27,508 nt of DNA from a virus. Its lineage: Duplodnaviria; Caudoviricetes. This document shows, in pieces, positions 24,305 to 27,508 of this stretch (position 1 is the stretch's first letter; every line of letters starts with the position of its first letter). A program made the position numbers and the translations under genes. The DNA lies in the IMG/VR virus record IMGVR_UViG_3300021408_000076, positions 1-27,508 of that record. The stretch is one strand, 5' to 3'. The notes below the pieces were generated by a model. The model made no database searches. It worked only from the letters and a program-made list of their open reading frames with translations, and was not told the DNA's origin.

Positions 24305-26962
24305 ATGTTGAAACCGGCGGATGTGAACGCCGAGCTGAAATTACGTTTCAGTGTGGACAGGGGCAAGTCAATGCGGCTTGTCGAAAACGTCGCCATGACG
24401 TGGGGAGATCTGGTTGAAAGACTTAGTAAGCCCTACGTCGACAAGCTGACCCTGGAACAATTCAAAGACCTGCCGAAGGACAAGCAGAATACCAGGAAAG
24501 CCAGCAACGGCTATTTCATCGGCGGACAGATGAAGCGCGGTGTCCGCGACAAGATGAACGGACAGGACCGCCAACTACTCACCTTCGACATCGACCAAGG
24601 CACGCCCGAAGTGTTGAAAGCACTTCGGGAGGGCACGACCGGCCTCGGCAAGTGCGAGTACTACGTCCACTCGACCCGGTCGCATGGCGGCGATGCGATC
24701 AAACTTCGCATCATCATCCCGCTTGCGAAGTTACTTCCGCGCGAGAACTATCAGGCCGCGTCGCGCGTGGGCGCATGGTGCATAGACCATCATATGGTGG
24801 CGGTCGATCAGGTCTCATTCGTGCCGGGGCAAATCATGTACTGGCCCGCTCATTGCGCGGACGTGAAGCCGGTCGGTTTCCACCACAAAGGCCGCATCCT
24901 TGATGTCGCTGAAATGCTGGACGAGTGGGCGGGCGGCGATGGCTGGAAAGACATCAGCATGTTGCCGCTGTCGCCGCGCGAGCGCAGCAGGCTACGAGAA
25001 AATTCCGAGAAGATCGCGCAGAACCCGCTGGAGAAGCGGGGGATCGTTGGCGCCTTCTGCAACAACTACGACGTGCATCAGGCGATCGACACGTTTCTCC
25101 CGGAAATCTATGAGCCATCGGAATACGGACCCGACGGCGTTCCGACACGATACAGCTTCATCGGCGGTACGTCGTCGAATGGCGTTGTCGTGCTGGACGG
25201 CGGTTTGCATATCCGCTCGTACCATGGCTCGGACCCGGCCAGCGGTCTTAACCTGAACGCGTACGACCTCACCCGTATCCACAAGTACGGCGAACTCGAC
25301 ATCGCCAAAGAAAAAGAGATCGAAGACCCGCGCCAGTTCAAGTCGTACAAGGCCATGGAGCAAATGCTTCTGGAAGACCGCGACGTGATGGCGGCACTGC
25401 GTGACAGCAACTACGGCATGAGCGACGAGGATGTCGATAACTCGTTTGACGCCGACGAGCCGGTGTCGCCGAAATCGGAAGTAACTTCTAAAATTCGCGA
25501 CCCGTTTGACGGCCTTCCGGGGACGGCCGAAGTCGAAACCGCCGTCGCGGCGGCGGAGAATGACGACAGCCTGACCGATAGCGATTGGCGGGACAGTCTC
25601 GACGTAAACGAGAAAGGCACGATCAAACCCACCTTGCGAAACATCCTTCTCATCCTCCGCAACGCCGCCACGTTCAAGGGTCGGTTCGGATACAACGTGT
25701 TTACGCACGCGGACTGTCTGACGCGTCCGCTACGGTCCAAGTCGTTGAAGATAGACTTCCGTATACCGGCCGGAAAAGCGTATCAGCCTATCGAGGATAT
25801 ACACGTGGTGGCAGTTCACCACGTTCTCAATGCGCCTCGTGGCGCCAAGAAAACCGGATGGGGCCTGAACGTGCCGCAACGTTTCCTCGAACAGGCCGTC
25901 ACAACGGTATGTCGCGAAAACTCGTTCCACCCCGTGCGCGACTATCTCGATAGCCTGGAGTGGGACGGCAAAAGCCGTATCGATACCCTGTGGACCAAGC
26001 TATGTCATACGCCGGATACGGCTTATTACCGCGCGACCTCGCGTAACTTTCTGACAGCCGCCGTCGCGCGTATATACTCGCCGGGAACCAAGTTCGATTT
26101 CATGCCGGTCATGATAGGCCTTACCGGCATCCGCAAATCGACGGCCGTGCGCGTCCTGGGCTCGCCCGCGTGGTCAACGGAGAGCGAAGGACATTTTGAC
26201 AATAAGCAAAAGTTTGTCGAGGCATCGCTCGGGTTCTGGGTTATCGAACATGGCGAGATGACGCACTTTCGACGCGCGGCCGACGAGGAGGGGATCAAGT
26301 TCATGCTGTCCGGCACCACGGATAACGTTCGCCTGTCGTATCGTAGAAATAGCGAGACTTTTGACAGACAGTTCGTGATCGTCGGCACGACGGAAGACAC
26401 GCACTTCCTCCGGTCCTTTCATCGCCGCATCTGGCCCATACCGTGCGGCAAGCGTGTGCTGGATATCGCGTGGCTGGAGACAAACCGTGACCAGTTGTTC
26501 GCGGAAGCCGTCGCGCACTATCGCGACCTCGCCCGCGAGAGCAACAGCGGCATCCTGCCGCTCGATCTGCGCGGCGAGGCAGATACCGAATTCATGGCGA
26601 TGCAGCCTGACTATCTCATGCCGGATGCCGATGATGCCAAAGCCGGAATGATACGTGTGTGGCTCAACAATCCGGTGCCGTTCAGCCTCTCACGTCCTGG
26701 CTCGGATCGCGACGACGATGTTGACGCCATGTTTGATGATGACGACAATCTGGTGCTGCGCGATCTGACATGCGCCTGCGAACTATTTGAAAAAGCCCTC
26801 GGCAACGATCTGGCGAAGTACTCGCAACGCGATGCTCAGGCCATGGGAAAGGTGATGACGCTGTTGGAAGGCGAATGGGAGAACGCACCGATGGCGCGTT
26901 GTGGCAAATATGGTCGTCAAAGGACGTACCGGCGCATCCGCAAACCAGGCTCGGACCTCTGA
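24305..26962 (+). CDS. Primase-helicase (N-terminal primase-like domain plus VirE/VapE-type ATPase)
   Basis: 885 aa. N-terminal GYFIGG..LLTFDID..HSTRSH..LRIIIPL. C-terminal SFHPVRDYL..L.WDG..R, PG.KFD, P-loop GLTGIRKST and RDQLFAEA. Confidence 0.88.
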   Translation: MLKPADVNAELKLRFSVDRGKSMRLVENVAMTWGDLVERLSKPYVDKLTLEQFKDLPKDKQNTRKASNGYFIGGQMKRGVRDKMNGQDRQLLTFDIDQGTPEVLKALREGTTGLGKCEYYVHSTRSHGGDAIKLRIIIPLAKLLPRENYQAASRVGAWCIDHHMVAVDQVSFVPGQIMYWPAHCADVKPVGFHHKGRILDVAEMLDEWAGGDGWKDISMLPLSPRERSRLRENSEKIAQNPLEKRGIVGAFCNNYDVHQAIDTFLPEIYEPSEYGPDGVPTRYSFIGGTSSNGVVVLDGGLHIRSYHGSDPASGLNLNAYDLTRIHKYGELDIAKEKEIEDPRQFKSYKAMEQMLLEDRDVMAALRDSNYGMSDEDVDNSFDADEPVSPKSEVTSKIRDPFDGLPGTAEVETAVAAAENDDSLTDSDWRDSLDVNEKGTIKPTLRNILLILRNAATFKGRFGYNVFTHADCLTRPLRSKSLKIDFRIPAGKAYQPIEDIHVVAVHHVLNAPRGAKKTGWGLNVPQRFLEQAVTTVCRENSFHPVRDYLDSLEWDGKSRIDTLWTKLCHTPDTAYYRATSRNFLTAAVARIYSPGTKFDFMPVMIGLTGIRKSTAVRVLGSPAWSTESEGHFDNKQKFVEASLGFWVIEHGEMTHFRRAADEEGIKFMLSGTTDNVRLSYRRNSETFDRQFVIVGTTEDTHFLRSFHRRIWPIPCGKRVLDIAWLETNRDQLFAEAVAHYRDLARESNSGILPLDLRGEADTEFMAMQPDYLMPDADDAKAGMIRVWLNNPVPFSLSRPGSDRDDDVDAMFDDDDNLVLRDLTCACELFEKALGNDLAKYSQRDAQAMGKVMTLLEGEWENAPMARCGKYGRQRTYRRIRKPGSDL

Positions 26963-26989
26963 CAATTCGTTGCGTTTGAAGGGAGATCG

Positions 26990-27112
26990 ACAGCGTCAAC
27001 AGCCTTTTTCCCTCTCTCCTATATATAGTACTCCGATTCCTCTATCCTCATTTTCAATATCCTATATTTTATAATAATAAATCTTTTATAGTGTATAACC
27101 TGTTGACGCTGT
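26990..27112. repeat. 13-bp inverted repeat flanking an AT-rich spacer (putative replication origin)
   Basis: ACAGCGTCAACAG (26990-27002) and CTGTTGACGCTGT (27100-27112) flank a 97-bp strongly AT-rich segment immediately after the primase-helicase gene. Confidence 0.6.
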
Positions 27113-27122
27113 GACTTAGAGA

Positions 27123-27150
27123 GAAAAACGGCGAATTTCCGCCGTTTTTC
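27123..27150. terminator. Hairpin with A/T tracts on both sides (possible bidirectional terminator)
   Basis: GAAAAACGGCG-AATTTC-CGCCGTTTTTC. Confidence 0.55.
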
Positions 27151-27243
27151 GTGTCATCAGGTTCGGTAACAGGGCCGCGACAGGTCCCTGACCTGTGCCC
27201 CTTTTTACCACCTTTAGAGGTCTATTTGCCGCGTATCGGGAAC

Positions 27244-27357
27244 GTTGTAGGTGCCGGAATGTTGTAGGTGCCGGAATAACCAAAGGTGGAAAAAAATAAC
27301 CTGTTGACACTTCCAGGGACCTGTTACCGGCACCTGTTACCGGCACCTGTTGCCGGC
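27244..27357. repeat. Two short tandem arrays in inverted orientation (iteron-like)
   Basis: GTTGTAGGTGCCGGAAT x2 (27244-27277) and ACCTGTT(A/G)CCGGC x3 (27319-27357). They share AGGTGCCGG / CCGGCACCT as reverse complements. Confidence 0.7.
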
Positions 27358-27508
27358 TAATTCACTTCCGAACAGCAATGATAAACGCTTCGATAGTGAA
27401 GTAAATAGGGAATCCCGAATGCTTCGATATGGCATCTATATCTGATCCATATATCGTTCCGGGGTAGGCACGGATGGGATCGTTACGATGTACGGGGCTC
27501 CACGCCCT

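Larger units (their letters stand above)
1696..25489. repeat. Dispersed palindromic repeat family GGAAGT(A/T)ACTTCC, 22 copies
   Basis: 13-mer start positions. Perfect copies: 1696, 3450, 4540, 5949, 7161, 8121, 11108, 12161, 13839, 14777, 17431, 18208, 21064, 22393. Intact 11-bp core with variant outer bases: 10175, 15473, 16466, 19993, 22367, 23718, 24726, 25477. One degenerate copy (11/13) at 321. Confidence 0.95.

Noticed and set aside
1696-25489. Palindrome array as a CRISPR array or REP/MITE elements
   Set aside because: Copies are 13 bp, about 1 kb apart, mostly in frame within genes, with no spacer structure, target duplications or transposase.
27116-27346. 76-aa minus-strand ORF in the terminal region
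   Set aside because: It runs through tandem repeats and hairpins with no RBS or motif, so the region is more plausibly non-coding.
1-27508. tRNA, rRNA, integrase or lysis genes
   Set aside because: None recognisable in this window by eye. Lifestyle and host cannot be assigned from it.

Overview
The window is part of a tailed dsDNA phage genome with the gene order of chi-like / lambda-type-head siphophages (Casjensviridae-like, judged from gene order and protein motifs only). A long minus-strand block reads, from right to left: small protein, Cas4-like DUF2800 nuclease, DUF2815 SSB, family A DNA polymerase, several small accessory ORFs including a MazG-like pyrophosphatase, VRR-NUC, SNF2 helicase, an amino acid:DNA transferase (aGPT-PPlase1, thymidine hypermodification family), TerS, TerL with a class 3 intein, gpW, portal, S49 protease with nested scaffold, decoration protein, major capsid, neck and tail genes, a tail chaperone with a -1 frameshift, and the 5' part of the tape measure gene. 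A divergent primase/VirE-helicase gene lies on the plus strand, followed by an AT-rich, repeat-rich, origin-like region. The most striking unexplained signal is a palindrome, GGAAGT(A/T)ACTTCC. Its 11-bp core GAAGTWACTTC occurs 22 times by manual count, roughly once per kb. It lies inside genes in two different reading frames, inside the intein, and directly in front of three start codons. This points to a genome-wide protein-binding-site system that I do not recognise.
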